Part shown: positions 11,643 through 23,162 of the stretch, in pieces
Position numbering within the stretch: position 1 is the first letter of the stretch
Layout of the letters: each line of letters begins with the position of its first letter
Origin: Escherichia phage vB_EcoM_ECO78
Length of the DNA: 64,000 bases
Direction: 5' to 3' (one strand)
Sequence record: PP526941.1
Program-made: the position numbers and the translations under genes
The notes under the pieces: generated by a model
Seen by the model: the letters and a program-made list of their open reading frames with translations, nothing else
Told to the model about the DNA's origin: nothing
Databases searched by the model: none

Positions 11643-12560
11643 TCAAAATTCATTAATGCTATTAGTTAATTTAGAAAGACCCGCTTTTACAAAATATGAA
11701 TAAATTTTGCCACGCGGTGGTAATTTATATGAATTATAGTAATTCACAATGTTTGAAGCAATATTATCAGGAATATAATCAAAATCAATTAGAACTAAAT
11801 TTTCTTTATAACGATTATATTCAGATTCTGTGAGAAGCACCTTAGCTTGCTCACGGTCATTAGCAATAGCTTCAACGATTGAAGTTTTCATTGAAGGAGT
11901 TCGTTCACCTTCAACTCTGGTAAACCAAAAGTCAGATCGTACTTTAACTGAAGCAACGTTATCCTTTTTGTCGCCTTTAAGGATTTTAGTCATACAGTCA
12001 ATTTCAGCAGAACCGCTTTTAATTTTAACCCATTTCTTATGCATCGGTGACCATTGCTTAACATTTGGATATTTGTGAAGCTGTGTAAAGTCACCATCCG
12101 ACGAAATGATTAAAATCTTATGTCCTTCTAAAGAGAACTTTTTAACAAGAACAGCAATGTGGTCATCTGCTTCATACTTATCAATATCCATAACAATGTA
12201 TGGCATATAAGCTTTCAATTCATCTATAACTTTATGGCTGGATTCAAAATAACCTTCCCAGTCCCAAGTAGATTCTTCTCGTGCTTTTCCACGGTTTTTC
12301 TTATAATAATACGCAAAATCACGACGCCAATATCCAGATTTCGCGTTATCAATACACAACACGATTTTAGTGTATCCAAGCGTTTTTGCTTTTTTGACAT
12401 TAAACTTAATTGAGTTCAATATCAAATGACGAACCATTGATAAATTAATTTTTTCTTTATCTGGGAAGTTTACTAAAGCAGTTGAAAGCGCAATTTGACT
12501 AAAGTCAATAAAGCAAATTCCCTCTTTGTAATCTTCATCCAGCATCATTTCTAAATCCAT
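11643..12560 (-). CDS. rnh: RNase H (5'-3' exonuclease/flap endonuclease)
   Basis: T4-like start MDLEMMLDEDYKEG at 12560 with SD GAGG; the track adds 5 aa. Confidence 0.9.
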   Translation of the reverse strand: MDLEMMLDEDYKEGICFIDFSQIALSTALVNFPDKEKINLSMVRHLILNSIKFNVKKAKTLGYTKIVLCIDNAKSGYWRRDFAYYYKKNRGKAREESTWDWEGYFESSHKVIDELKAYMPYIVMDIDKYEADDHIAVLVKKFSLEGHKILIISSDGDFTQLHKYPNVKQWSPMHKKWVKIKSGSAEIDCMTKILKGDKKDNVASVKVRSDFWFTRVEGERTPSMKTSIVEAIANDREQAKVLLTESEYNRYKENLVLIDFDYIPDNIASNIVNYYNSYKLPPRGKIYSYFVKAGLSKLTNSINEF

Positions 12561-12622
12561 ATGAACCTCGTTCAATTAGTGAGATTTCTATTATATACCA
12601 TCCGAATCTTAAAGTAAACAAG

Positions 12623-12630
12623 TATAAATA
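12623..12630 (+). promoter_or_regulatory. late promoter TATAAATA for gene 34
   Basis: Exact TATAAATA about 35 nt upstream of the gene 34 ATG. Confidence 0.55.
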
Positions 12631-12664
12631 CTTATTATTGAAAACACAATAGGAGCCCGGGAGA

Positions 12665-15600
12665 ATGGCCGAGATTAAAAGAAAGTTCAGAGCAGAAGAT
12701 GGTCTGGACGCAGGTGGTGATAAAATAATCAACGTAGCTTTAGCTGATCGTACCGTAGGAACTGACGGTGTTAACGTTGATTACTTAATTCAAGAAAACA
12801 CAGTTCAACAATATGATCCAACTCGTGGATATTTAAAAGATTTTGTAATCATTTATGATAACCGCTTTTGGGCTGCTATAAATGATATTCCAAAACCAGC
12901 AGGAGCTTTTAATAGCGGACGCTGGAGAGCATTACGTACGGACGCAAACTGGATTACAGTCTCATCTGGTTCATATCAATTAAAATCCGGTGAAGCTATT
13001 TCGGTTAACACTGCAGCTGGTAATGACATCACGTTTACTTTACCATCTTCTCCAATTGATGGTGATACTATCGTTCTCCAAGATATTGGAGGAAAACCTG
13101 GAGTTAACCAAGTTTTAATTGTAGCTCCAGTGCAAAGTATTGTAAACTTCAGAGGTGAACAAGTACGTTCAGTACTAATGACTCATCCAAAGTCACAGCT
13201 AGTTTTAATTTTTAGTAATCGTCTGTGGCAAATGTATGTTGCTGATTATAGTAGAGAAGCTATAGTTGTAACACCAGCGAATACTTATCAAGCGCAATCA
13301 AATGATTTTATCGTACGTAGATTTACTTCTGCTGCACCGATAAATATTAAACTTCCACGATTTGCTAATCATGGCGATATTATTAATTTCGTTGATTTAG
13401 ATAAACTAAATCCACTTTATCATACAATTGTTACTACATACGATGAAACGACTTCAGTACAAGAAGTTGGAACTCATTCCATTGAAGGCCGTACAACGAT
13501 TGACGGTTTCTTGATGTTTGATGATAATGAGAAATTGTGGAGATTGTTTGACGGGGATAGTAAAGCGCGTTTACGTATCATAACGACTAATTCTAATATT
13601 CGTCCAAATGAAGAAGTTATGGTATTTGGTGCGAATAACGGAACAGCTCAGACAATTGAGCTTAAGCTTCCAACTAATATTTCTGTTGGTGATACTGTTA
13701 AAATTTCCATGAATTACATGAGAAAAGGACAAACAGTTAAAATCAAAGCTGCTGATGAAGATAAAATTGCTTCTTCAGTTCAATTGCTGCAATTCCCAAA
13801 ACGCTCAGAATATCCACCTGAAGCTGAATGGGTTACAGTCCAAGAATTAGTTTTTAATGGTGAAACTAATTATGTTCCAGTTTTAGAGCTTGCTTATATA
13901 GAAGATTCTGATGGAAAATACTGGGTTGTACAGCAAAATGTTCCAACCGTAGAAAGAGTTGATTCTTTGAATGATTCTACTAGAGCAAGATTAGGCGTAA
14001 TTGCTTTAGCTACACAAGCCCAAGCTAATGTCGATTTAGAAAATTCTCCGCAAAAAGAATTAGCAATTACTCCAGAAACATTAGCTAACCGTACTGCTAC
14101 TGAAACTCGCAGAGGTATTGCAAGAATAGCAACTACTGCTCAAGTGAATCAGAACACCACATTCTCTTTTGCTGACGATATTATCATCACTCCTAAAAAG
14201 CTGAATGAAAGAACTGCTACAGAAACTCGCAGAGGTGTTGCTGAAATTGCTACGCAACAGGAAACTAATGCAGGAACCGATGATACTACAATCATCACTC
14301 CTAAAAAGCTTCAAGCTCGTCAAGGTTCTGAATCATTATCTGGTATCGTAACTTTTGTATCTACTGCAGGTGCTACTCCAGCTTCTAGCCGTGAATTAAA
14401 TGGTACGAATGTTTATAATAAAAACACTAATAATTTAGTTGTTTCACCTAAAGCTTTGGATCAGTATAAAGCTACTCCAACACAGCAAGGTGCAGTAATT
14501 TTAGCAGTTGAAAGTGAAGTAATTGCTGGACAAAGTCAGGAAGGATGGGCAAATGCAGTTGTAACGCCAGAAACGTTACATAAAAAGACATCAACTGATG
14601 GAAGAATTGGTTTAATTGAAATTGCTACGCAAAGTGAAGTTAATACAGGAACTGATTATACTCGTGCAGTCACTCCTAAAACTTTAAATGACCGTAGAGC
14701 AACTGAAAGTTTAAGTGGTATAGCTGAAATTGCTACACAAGTTGAATTCGACGCAGGCGTCGACGATACTCGTATCTCTACACCATTAAAAATTAAAACC
14801 AGATTTAATAGTACTGATCGTACTTCTGTTGTTGCTCTATCTGGATTAGTTGAATCAGGAACTCTCTGGGACCATTATACCCTTAATATTCTTGAAGCAA
14901 ATGAGACACAACGTGGTACACTTCGTGTAGCTACACAAGTTGAAGCTGCTGCAGGAACATTAGATAATGTTTTAATAACTCCTAAAAAGCTTTTAGGTAC
15001 TAAATCTACCGAATCGCAAGAAGGTGTTATTAAAGTTGCAACACAGTCTGAAACTGTGACTGGAACGTCAGCAAATACTGCTGTATCTCCAAAAAATTTA
15101 AAGTGGATTGTGCAGAGTGAACCAACATGGGCTGCTACTACGGCGATAAGAGGGTTTGTTAAAACTTCATCTGGTTCAATTACATTCGTTGGTAATGATA
15201 CAGTCGGTTCTACACAGGACTTAGAGTTATACGAGAAAAATAATTATGCAGTATCACCATATGAATTAAACCGCGTACTTGCTAACTATTTGCCATTGAA
15301 AGCAAAAGCTGCAGATAGTAATTTATTGGATGGTCTAGATTCATCTCAGTTCATTCGTAGGGATATTGCCCAGACAGTTAATGGTTCACTAACCTTAACC
15401 CAACAAACGAATCTGAGTGCCCCTCTTGTATCATCTAGTACTGCTACGTTTGGTGGTTCAGTTTCGGCAAATAGTACATTAACTATTTCTAACTCTGGAA
15501 CAGCAACTCGTCTGATTTTTGAGAAAGGACCTCAAACTGGAACTAATCCAGCGCAGACGATGACTATCAGAGTTTGGGGAAATCAGTTTGGCGGCGGATC

Positions 15601-16534
15601 AGATACAACACGTTCTACTGTATTTGAAGTTGGTGATGAAACGTCTAATCATTTTTATTCTCAACGTAATAAAGCTGGTAATATAACGTTTAGCATTAAT
15701 GGTACTGTGATGCCAATAAATGTTAACGCTTCAGGCACGTTGAATGCGAATGGCGTTGCAACATTCGGTCGTTCAGTTACAGCCAATGGTGAATTCATTA
15801 GCAAGTCTGCAAATGCTTTTAGAGCAATTAGTGGTGATTACGGATTCTTTATTCGTAATGATGCTGCTAATACCTATTTTATGCTCACTGCATCCGGTGA
15901 TCAGACTGGCGGATTTAATGGATTACGTCCTTTGGCTATTAATAATGCATCTGGCCAAGTAACGATTGGTGAAAGCTTAATCATTGCCAAAGGTGCTACT
16001 ATAAATTCAGGTGGTTTGACTGTTAACTCGAGAATTCGTTCTCAGGGTAATAAAACATCTGATTTATATACCCGTGCACCAACATCTGATACAGTAGGAT
16101 TCTGGTCAATTGATATTAATGATTCAGCTACTTATAACCAGTTCCCAGGTTATTTTAAAATGGTTGAAAAAACTAATGAAGTGACTGGACTTCCATACTT
16201 AGAACGTGGCGAAGAAGTTAAATCTCCTGGTACACTGACTCAGTTTGGTAATACACTTGATTCGCTTTACCAAGATTGGATTACTTATCCAACGACGCCA
16301 GAAGCACGTACCACTCGCTGGACACGTACATGGCAGAAAACCAAAAACTCTTGGTCAAGTTTTGTTCAGGTATTTGACGGAGGTAACCCTCCTCAACCAT
16401 CTGATATCGGTGCTTTACCATCTGATAATGCTACAATGGGAAATCTTACTATTCGTGATTTCTTACGAATTGGTAATGTTCGCATTGTTCCTGACCCAGT
16501 GAATAAAACGGTTAAATTTGAATGGGTTGAATAA
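12665..16534 (+). CDS. 34: long tail fibre proximal subunit gp34
   Basis: 1289 aa; internal repeats of about 40 aa (IATQ...TPKKL) and a C-terminal block shared with gp37. Confidence 0.95.
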   Translation: MAEIKRKFRAEDGLDAGGDKIINVALADRTVGTDGVNVDYLIQENTVQQYDPTRGYLKDFVIIYDNRFWAAINDIPKPAGAFNSGRWRALRTDANWITVSSGSYQLKSGEAISVNTAAGNDITFTLPSSPIDGDTIVLQDIGGKPGVNQVLIVAPVQSIVNFRGEQVRSVLMTHPKSQLVLIFSNRLWQMYVADYSREAIVVTPANTYQAQSNDFIVRRFTSAAPINIKLPRFANHGDIINFVDLDKLNPLYHTIVTTYDETTSVQEVGTHSIEGRTTIDGFLMFDDNEKLWRLFDGDSKARLRIITTNSNIRPNEEVMVFGANNGTAQTIELKLPTNISVGDTVKISMNYMRKGQTVKIKAADEDKIASSVQLLQFPKRSEYPPEAEWVTVQELVFNGETNYVPVLELAYIEDSDGKYWVVQQNVPTVERVDSLNDSTRARLGVIALATQAQANVDLENSPQKELAITPETLANRTATETRRGIARIATTAQVNQNTTFSFADDIIITPKKLNERTATETRRGVAEIATQQETNAGTDDTTIITPKKLQARQGSESLSGIVTFVSTAGATPASSRELNGTNVYNKNTNNLVVSPKALDQYKATPTQQGAVILAVESEVIAGQSQEGWANAVVTPETLHKKTSTDGRIGLIEIATQSEVNTGTDYTRAVTPKTLNDRRATESLSGIAEIATQVEFDAGVDDTRISTPLKIKTRFNSTDRTSVVALSGLVESGTLWDHYTLNILEANETQRGTLRVATQVEAAAGTLDNVLITPKKLLGTKSTESQEGVIKVATQSETVTGTSANTAVSPKNLKWIVQSEPTWAATTAIRGFVKTSSGSITFVGNDTVGSTQDLELYEKNNYAVSPYELNRVLANYLPLKAKAADSNLLDGLDSSQFIRRDIAQTVNGSLTLTQQTNLSAPLVSSSTATFGGSVSANSTLTISNSGTATRLIFEKGPQTGTNPAQTMTIRVWGNQFGGGSDTTRSTVFEVGDETSNHFYSQRNKAGNITFSINGTVMPINVNASGTLNANGVATFGRSVTANGEFISKSANAFRAISGDYGFFIRNDAANTYFMLTASGDQTGGFNGLRPLAINNASGQVTIGESLIIAKGATINSGGLTVNSRIRSQGNKTSDLYTRAPTSDTVGFWSIDINDSATYNQFPGYFKMVEKTNEVTGLPYLERGEEVKSPGTLTQFGNTLDSLYQDWITYPTTPEARTTRWTRTWQKTKNSWSSFVQVFDGGNPPQPSDIGALPSDNATMGNLTIRDFLRIGNVRIVPDPVNKTVKFEWVE

Positions 16535-16542
16535 GAGGTATT

Positions 16543-17658
16543 ATGGAAAAATTTATGGCAGAGTTTGGACAAGGATATGTCCAAACGCCGTTTTTATCGG
16601 AAAGCAATTCAGTAAGATATAAAATAAGCATAGCGGGTTCTTGCCCGCTTTCTACTGCAGGGCCATACGTTAAATTTCAAGATAATCCTGTAGGAAGTCA
16701 AACATTTAGCGCAGGTCTTCATTTAAGAGTTTTTGATCCTTCCACAGGAGCATTAGTTGATAGTAAGTCATATGCTTTTTCTACTTCAAATGATACTACA
16801 TCAGCTGCTTTTGTTAGTTTCATGAATTCTTTGACGAATAATCGAATTGTTGCTATATTAACTAACGGAAAGGTTAATTTTCCTCCTGAAGTAGTATCTT
16901 GGTTAAGAACCGCCGGAACGTCTGCTTTTCCATCTGATTCTATATTGTCAAGATTCGACGTATCATATGCTGCTTTTTATACTTCTTCTAAAAGAGCTAT
17001 CGCATTAGAGCATGTTAAACTGAGTAATAGAAAAAGCACAGATGATTATCAAACTATTTTAGATGTAGTATTTGACAGTTTAGAAGATGTCGGAGCTACA
17101 GGATTTCCAAGAAGAACGTATGAAAGCGTTGAGCAATTTATGTCAGCTGTTGGTGGAACTAATAACGAAATTGCGCGTCTACCAACTTCAGCTGCTATAA
17201 GTAAATTATCTGATTATAATTTAATTCCTGGTGATGTTCTTTATCTTAAAGCTCAGTTATATGCTGATGCTGATTTACTTGCACTTGGAACTACGAATAT
17301 ATCCATTCGATTTTATAATGCATCAAATGGATATATTTCCTCGACACATGCTGAATTTACTGGGCAAGCTGGGTCATGGGAATTAAAGGAAGATTATGTA
17401 GTTGTTCCAGAAAACGCAGTAGGATTTACGATATACGCACAGAGAACTGCACAAGCTGGCCAAGGTGGCATGAGAAATTTAAGCTTTTCTGAAGTATCAA
17501 GAAATGGCGGCATTTCAAAACCCGCTGAATTTGGCGTCAACGGTATTCGAGTTAATTATATCTGTGAATCTGCTTCACCTCCGGATATAATGGTACTTCC
17601 TACACAAGCATCGTCTAAAACTGGTAAAGTGTTTGGGCAAGAATTTAGAGAAGTATAA
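16543..17658 (+). CDS. 35: long tail fibre hinge connector gp35
   Basis: 371 aa immediately after gene 34. Confidence 0.9.
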   Translation: MEKFMAEFGQGYVQTPFLSESNSVRYKISIAGSCPLSTAGPYVKFQDNPVGSQTFSAGLHLRVFDPSTGALVDSKSYAFSTSNDTTSAAFVSFMNSLTNNRIVAILTNGKVNFPPEVVSWLRTAGTSAFPSDSILSRFDVSYAAFYTSSKRAIALEHVKLSNRKSTDDYQTILDVVFDSLEDVGATGFPRRTYESVEQFMSAVGGTNNEIARLPTSAAISKLSDYNLIPGDVLYLKAQLYADADLLALGTTNISIRFYNASNGYISSTHAEFTGQAGSWELKEDYVVVPENAVGFTIYAQRTAQAGQGGMRNLSFSEVSRNGGISKPAEFGVNGIRVNYICESASPPDIMVLPTQASSKTGKVFGQEFREV

Positions 17659-17661
17659 ATT

Positions 17662-17689
17662 GAGGGAGCCTTCGGGTTCCCTTTTTCTT
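17662..17689 (+). terminator. rho-independent terminator after gene 35
   Basis: GGGAGCC-UUCG-GGUUCCC followed by UUUUUCUUU. Confidence 0.55.
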
Positions 17690-17697
17690 TATAAATA
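17690..17697 (+). promoter_or_regulatory. late promoter TATAAATA for gene 36
   Basis: Exact TATAAATA about 24 nt upstream of the gene 36 ATG. Confidence 0.55.
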
Positions 17698-17720
17698 CTA
17701 TTAAAATAAAGGGGCATACA

Positions 17721-18383
17721 ATGGCTGATTTAAAAGTAGGTTCAACAACCGGGGGCTCTGTCATTTGGCATCAAGGAAATTTTCCATTGAATCCAGCCGG
17801 TGACGATGTACTCTATAAATCATTTAAAATATATTCAGAATATAATAAACCACAAGCTGCTGATAACGATTTCGTTTCTAAAGCTAATGGTGGTACTTAC
17901 GCCGCGACTGTTCGATTTAATGGAGGCGTACATGTTCCTACTATAGGTAGTAGTCAACAGTGTGGTGTTTATCCAGGTAACGGTGATGCAGCTACTTTTG
18001 CTATGGCAAATATTGACATCGTTTCGTGGAATGGTATTGGTTTTAAATCATCACAAGGTTCAGCAGACCGAACTGTTGTAATTAACGCTCGTACCGGTGA
18101 TATCAGCAGTAAGGGCGGTTTTTATGCAACTGGTCCTGTCCGTTCTAACGCTACTGCTCCGGTTGCAGCAAATGACCTTACTAGAAAGGACTATGTTGAT
18201 GGAGCAATAAATACTGTTACGGAAAATGCGAACTCTAGAGTGTTACGATCTGGCGACACTATGACGGGTAACTTAACCGCACCAAATTTTTTCTCGCAGA
18301 ATCCTGCGTCTCAACCTTCACACGTTCCACGATTTGACCAAATCGTAATTAAGGATTCTGTTCAAGATTTCGGCTATTATTAA
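17721..18383 (+). CDS. 36: long tail fibre distal connector gp36
   Basis: 220 aa, [27 protein letters not shown]... Confidence 0.9.
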   Translation: MADLKVGSTTGGSVIWHQGNFPLNPAGDDVLYKSFKIYSEYNKPQAADNDFVSKANGGTYAATVRFNGGVHVPTIGSSQQCGVYPGNGDAATFAMANIDIVSWNGIGFKSSQGSADRTVVINARTGDISSKGGFYATGPVRSNATAPVAANDLTRKDYVDGAINTVTENANSRVLRSGDTMTGNLTAPNFFSQNPASQPSHVPRFDQIVIKDSVQDFGYY

Positions 18384-18391
18384 GAGGACTT

Positions 18392-21300
18392 ATGGCTACT
18401 TTAAAACAAATACAATTTAAAAGAAGCAAAACCGCAGGTGCACGTCCTGCTGCTTCAGTATTAGCCGAAGGTGAATTGGCTATAAACTTAAAAGATAGAA
18501 CACTTTTTACTAAAGATGATTCGGGAAATATCATTGATCTAGGTATTGCTAAAGGCGGTCAAATTGATGGAAATGTGACTATCAATGGTCTTTTAAGATT
18601 AAATGGGGATTATACACAAACTGGTGGAATGACCGTAAATGGACCTATTGGTTCTACTGAAGGCGTATCCGCCTTAGTTTTTAGATCTATGCGAGGGTCA
18701 TTTTACGCAAGAGCAACAAATGATACTTCCAATGCCCATCTTTGGTTTGAAAATACAAATGGATCAGAGAGAGGGGTTTTATATTCAAAACCACAGTCTG
18801 AAAATGAAGGCGTAATTACAATGCGTGTTCGTCAAGGAACCGCTGCGGGAGCTCAAAATTCAGAATTTCATTTCATTTCTACTGATGGCGGTATCTTCCA
18901 GGCACGCAAATTAACTGCTTTAACTTCTATTAGTACACCAACTATTAGTGTTAATTTAATTAATCATGATTCTAAAGCCTTTGGACAATACGATTCGCAA
19001 TCATTAGTTCAGTATGTTTATCCTGGAACTGGTGAAACTAACGGAGTAAACTATCTTCGTAAAGTTCGAGCTAAATCAGGTGGCACTATGTGGCATGAGC
19101 TTTGTACTGCTCAGACTGGCCAGGCTGATGAAATGTCTTGGTGGACAGGTAATACTCCATCATCTAAACAATATGGCATTCGTAATGACGGACGAATGGC
19201 AGGCCGTAATAGCCTTGCATTAGGTACATTCACTACGGGTTTCCCGTCTAGTGATTATGGTAACGTCGGTGTAATGGGCGATAAGTATCTTGTTCTCGGT
19301 GACACTGTAACCGGTCTGAAATATATTAAGCAAGGTGTTTATGATTTAGTTGGTGGAGGTTATTCCGTTGCATCTGTTACTCCAGATAGTTTCCGTAGTA
19401 CTCGTAAAGGTATATTTGGTCGCTCAGAAGACCAAGGTGCTACATGGAACATGCCTGGAAACAACGCCGCGTTTTTATCGGTTCAAACACAAGCTGATGA
19501 AAACACTGCTGGAGACGGCCAGACACATATTGGCTATAACTCAGGCGGTAAAATGAACCACTATTTCCGTGGTAAAGGCAAAACTAATATTAATACTCAA
19601 GAAGGCATGGAAGTTAACCCGGGTATTCTTAAACTAGTAACCGGTGCTAACAGTATTAGCTTTAACGCTGCAACAGGTAATATTGATTCTACATTAGCTT
19701 TTCGTCTTAATAAAGGTATAATTATTGATGGACCTGATAATCAGGGATTCCAATTTAATGCTCCGACGGCTGTAGATGGTACTAGAAGCATATACTGGAA
19801 TAGTGGCACTCGCGCAGGTCAAAACAAAAACCCTGTTACAGTTAAAGTGTGGGGTAATTCATTTAACGCATCTGGTGATCGTAGTCGTGAAACCGTTTTT
19901 GAAGTAGCTGATGGGCAAGGTTACCATTTTTATTCTCAACGCGTAGCTCCTGCACCTGGTTCGACTGTCGGGCCTATTCAACTCCGAGTTAATGGTGGTT
20001 TATTAACTTCTGGTGGTATTACTGCTTCCGGTTCTATTGTTACTGAATCAAGTTTAGTTGCAAATAATGGATTATCTGTAAATGGTCAGGCTAAATTTGG
20101 CGGAACAGCAAACGCACTAAGAATTTGGAACGCTGAATATGGTGCTATTTTCCGTCGTTCGGAAAGTAACTTTTATATTATTCCAACCAATCAAAACGAA
20201 GGCGAAAGCGGAGACATTCACAGCTCTTTGAGACCTGTGAGAATAGGATTAAACGATGGCATGGTTGGGTTAGGAAGAGATTCTTTTATAGTAGATCAAA
20301 ATAATGCTTTAACTACTATAAACAGTAACTCTCGCATTAATGCCAACTTTAGAATGCAATTAGGACAAAATGCTTATATAGATATTGAGGCTTCTGATGG
20401 AATTCGCCCAACAGGTTGTGGTTCCTTTGCATCTCAGAATGACGTAAACGTCAGAGCTCCAATTTATATGAATATAGAGCGTACTGCTACTTCTGAATAT
20501 ATTCCTATTGTTAAACAGCGTTATGTGCAAGGTGATAGCACTTATTCTATTGGGACATTAATTAATCAAGGAGATTTCCGTGTTCATTACCGCCAAGGCA
20601 CCGGTACGGGTGGCACTGATTTGAGTTGGGAATTCCGTCGCACAGGCGATTTCCGCGCGGCAGGTAAAATTATTGCTGGTGCTGCTACTCTTGGCACTGA
20701 TGGTAATATCACCGGTGGTTCTGGTAACTTTGCTAACCTGAATACCACATTAAATCGTAAGGTAAATTCCGGATTTGTAACATACGGTGCAACGGCCGGA
20801 TGGTACAAATTCGCTACAGTAACGATGCCACAATCTACTTCTACTGTTTCATTTACTATAACTGGTGGTAAAGGATTTAATACCGGACTGTTTACACAAT
20901 GTGCTATAACAGAAATTGTTCTTCGTACTGGTAATGACCGCCCAGCAGGTTTAAACGCCGTGATGTATACCAGAACAGCGGCAGGTCTTACTGATATTGC
21001 TGTAGTTAATACCTCAGGAAATACATATGATGTCTATGTTGAAGCTGGCACTTATGCCAACCAATTAGCTTATACCTGGCATACAGTTGATAATGCTACC
21101 GTAGAAGTTATTGGCGCTTTTGGTCCTACTCAAGACCCGGTAGATTCTTTGCCGGCTAATTATGTTAAAGGCCAAGTAGCTAACATGCTTAACAACCTGG
21201 TAGACACAGGTAAAGTAAAACGTTATGTAGCAGATTCTGAAATTGCTATTAATAACCAAACGGGTCTTCGTATTACGAGTAATTATGATAGATCAGGTTC

Positions 21301-22315
21301 TAATTCCGTTTTGTTTCGAAATGACGGTGGAAGCTTCTATATTTTACTGACTGACAAAAACTCTTCAGACGGCGATAATAAAGCAACTGAAGGTGATTGG
21401 AATGGAAAACGACCATTTTCAATTGATATGACTGCTGGTACTGTTCGTCTTGGCGAAAATACTTCTTTTAGTAAAGATGTTACTATTGATGGAAACATTA
21501 ATTCACGAGTTAAAGTTGTCGGACAGTGGAATGTTAGCTTTTCTGATATTTCAGATGTGACTCGTGACCGTTCTGCATTTTTAGTGAATACGGGTGGCAT
21601 TTCCAATACAAGTCAATCTTATTACCCGCTATTTTCTGGATACAGTTTTTTAACTGACGCGGGTTATCGCCAATCGTTTGAATTTGGATGGTTAGGTGTT
21701 TCTGGTACTTGGCGTCAAGGTATTATTCGCATGCGTGGTGACAACGCATCGGGGCAACAGGCTCGTTGGACTTTTGATATGGATGGAACATTTTATGCTC
21801 CTAAATTGGCTTGCGGTTCTACCGGTGCCCTCGGTATTAACACATCCAACGGATGGGGTGGTAACTCAATTGCAATTGGTGATAGCGATACTGGTTTTAG
21901 ACAAGTAGGCGATGGGCTTTTAGAAGCGTGGGCGAACAACGTTAAAGTTGTTAGATTCACTTCGAGCGAAGTTTATTCCGAGAAAAACGTCAATGCTCCT
22001 AACGTTTATATTCGTTCTGATGTTCGCTTGAAATCTAATTTTAAACCTATTAAAAATGCGCTCGAAAGGGTTGAGCAACTTGATGGTTTAATCTATGACA
22101 AAGCTGAATATATAGGCGGTGAACCTGTTCAAACTGAAGCGGGTATTATAGCTCAAACGTTACAAGACGTTTTACCAGAAGCTGTCCGTGAATCAGAAGA
22201 TAGCAAGGGTAATAAAATACTCACTGTTTCTTCTCAAGCCCAGATTGCTCTTCTGGTTGAAGCTGTGAAAACACTTTCTGCTCGTGTAAAAGAACTTGAA
22301 TCTAAACTTATGTAA
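18392..22315 (+). CDS. 37: long tail fibre distal subunit gp37, long T2/T6-type with C-terminal intramolecular chaperone-like domain
   Basis: 1307 aa, [39 protein letters not shown]...; C-terminal about 110 aa end in a coiled-coil ([16 protein letters not shown]). Confidence 0.9.
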   Translation: MATLKQIQFKRSKTAGARPAASVLAEGELAINLKDRTLFTKDDSGNIIDLGIAKGGQIDGNVTINGLLRLNGDYTQTGGMTVNGPIGSTEGVSALVFRSMRGSFYARATNDTSNAHLWFENTNGSERGVLYSKPQSENEGVITMRVRQGTAAGAQNSEFHFISTDGGIFQARKLTALTSISTPTISVNLINHDSKAFGQYDSQSLVQYVYPGTGETNGVNYLRKVRAKSGGTMWHELCTAQTGQADEMSWWTGNTPSSKQYGIRNDGRMAGRNSLALGTFTTGFPSSDYGNVGVMGDKYLVLGDTVTGLKYIKQGVYDLVGGGYSVASVTPDSFRSTRKGIFGRSEDQGATWNMPGNNAAFLSVQTQADENTAGDGQTHIGYNSGGKMNHYFRGKGKTNINTQEGMEVNPGILKLVTGANSISFNAATGNIDSTLAFRLNKGIIIDGPDNQGFQFNAPTAVDGTRSIYWNSGTRAGQNKNPVTVKVWGNSFNASGDRSRETVFEVADGQGYHFYSQRVAPAPGSTVGPIQLRVNGGLLTSGGITASGSIVTESSLVANNGLSVNGQAKFGGTANALRIWNAEYGAIFRRSESNFYIIPTNQNEGESGDIHSSLRPVRIGLNDGMVGLGRDSFIVDQNNALTTINSNSRINANFRMQLGQNAYIDIEASDGIRPTGCGSFASQNDVNVRAPIYMNIERTATSEYIPIVKQRYVQGDSTYSIGTLINQGDFRVHYRQGTGTGGTDLSWEFRRTGDFRAAGKIIAGAATLGTDGNITGGSGNFANLNTTLNRKVNSGFVTYGATAGWYKFATVTMPQSTSTVSFTITGGKGFNTGLFTQCAITEIVLRTGNDRPAGLNAVMYTRTAAGLTDIAVVNTSGNTYDVYVEAGTYANQLAYTWHTVDNATVEVIGAFGPTQDPVDSLPANYVKGQVANMLNNLVDTGKVKRYVADSEIAINNQTGLRITSNYDRSGSNSVLFRNDGGSFYILLTDKNSSDGDNKATEGDWNGKRPFSIDMTAGTVRLGENTSFSKDVTIDGNINSRVKVVGQWNVSFSDISDVTRDRSAFLVNTGGISNTSQSYYPLFSGYSFLTDAGYRQSFEFGWLGVSGTWRQGIIRMRGDNASGQQARWTFDMDGTFYAPKLACGSTGALGINTSNGWGGNSIAIGDSDTGFRQVGDGLLEAWANNVKVVRFTSSEVYSEKNVNAPNVYIRSDVRLKSNFKPIKNALERVEQLDGLIYDKAEYIGGEPVQTEAGIIAQTLQDVLPEAVRESEDSKGNKILTVSSQAQIALLVEAVKTLSARVKELESKLM

Positions 22316-22316
22316 A

Positions 22317-22334
22317 AGAGGGCTTCGGCCCTCT
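22317..22334 (+). other. UUCG-tetraloop hairpin between genes 37 and 38
   Basis: AGAGGGC-UUCG-GCCCUCU right after the gene 37 stop and before the gene 38 SD; no clean U-run. Confidence 0.4.
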
Positions 22335-22345
22335 AAGGATTTTTA

Positions 22346-23131
22346 ATGGCAATTGTAGGTGTTCCTGGCTGGATTGGTGAATCTGCTGTGAATGAAACTG
22401 GACAACGTTGGATGGATGCTGCGATGAAAGCTGTTCGTGTTTCAGTTCCCGGCTGGATGAGCTCAATGGCTGGACAATCTAAAGAAATTCATTATAGCAT
22501 TGGTGCTAGCAATTCTTACAATAAAGACACTCTTATTAACTGGATGAAAGCACAGGGGTCTACTCCGGTAGTAATTACTATTACAGGAAATATTGTTTCT
22601 TCATCGACAGGTCAACCATGCTTAGATTTTCCTAGCTCATTAACTAATGCATACGTGACACTTAATATCAATTCAGGCGTGCATGTTTGGGGTCGCGGCG
22701 GGAATGGTGGAAATAACTCTGCTGGCGGAGCAGGAGGAACTGCAATAAATAACGGAATTGGAACTAGATTACGTATTAATAACAATGGTGTTATCGCAGG
22801 CGGCGGTGGCGGCGGTGGCGGCGGATACTACTCTCCTTTTTCACAAATGAGATTGACTTTTGGTGGAGGAGGCGGTCGTCCATTTGGTGCGGCTGGCGGG
22901 TCTGCTAATATGGAACAGGGTGCTACTGCTGGTACTATTTCTGCGCCCGGTAAAGGGTCTGTCAACGGTATCTATAATGGCGGGAATGGTGGTGATGCCG
23001 GTGCCGCAGGAGGTAAATGTAATATTCGCGGTCAAGGATCAGAATATAATGGCGGCGCTGCTGGTAAAGCTGTTACTGGTAATGCTCCAACTTGGACTAA
23101 AGTTGGTACAATATATGGTGCAAGAGTATAA
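22346..23131 (+). CDS. 38: glycine-rich receptor-recognising adhesin gp38 (T2/T6 type)
   Basis: 261 aa; conserved N-terminus MAIVGVPGWIGESAVNETGQRWMDAAMKAV, then glycine-rich blocks including G9 separated by short variable segments. Confidence 0.85.
   Translation: MAIVGVPGWIGESAVNETGQRWMDAAMKAVRVSVPGWMSSMAGQSKEIHYSIGASNSYNKDTLINWMKAQGSTPVVITITGNIVSSSTGQPCLDFPSSLTNAYVTLNINSGVHVWGRGGNGGNNSAGGAGGTAINNGIGTRLRINNNGVIAGGGGGGGGGYYSPFSQMRLTFGGGGGRPFGAAGGSANMEQGATAGTISAPGKGSVNGIYNGGNGGDAGAAGGKCNIRGQGSEYNGGAAGKAVTGNAPTWTKVGTIYGARV
22799..22825 (+). repeat. (GGY)9 simple-sequence tract encoding poly-glycine in gp38
   Basis: ggcggcggtggcggcggtggcggcgga. Confidence 0.8.
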
Positions 23132-23162
23132 TTTTGAATAAATATCCTTAAAAGGAGGGTCT

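Noticed and set aside
14081-14323. Minus-strand ORFs inside late genes 34, 37 and 38 (14081..14323, 20587..20808, 21065..21259, 21337..21606, 22841..23035, 23039..23230, 18349..18534)
   Set aside because: Embedded antisense in long tail-fibre ORFs that are continuous for more than 1000 codons; no start context.
22790-22860. Glycine-codon repeat in gene 38 as a possible CRISPR-like or satellite array
   Set aside because: It is an in-frame coding tract inside a continuous ORF; no spacer and repeat alternation.
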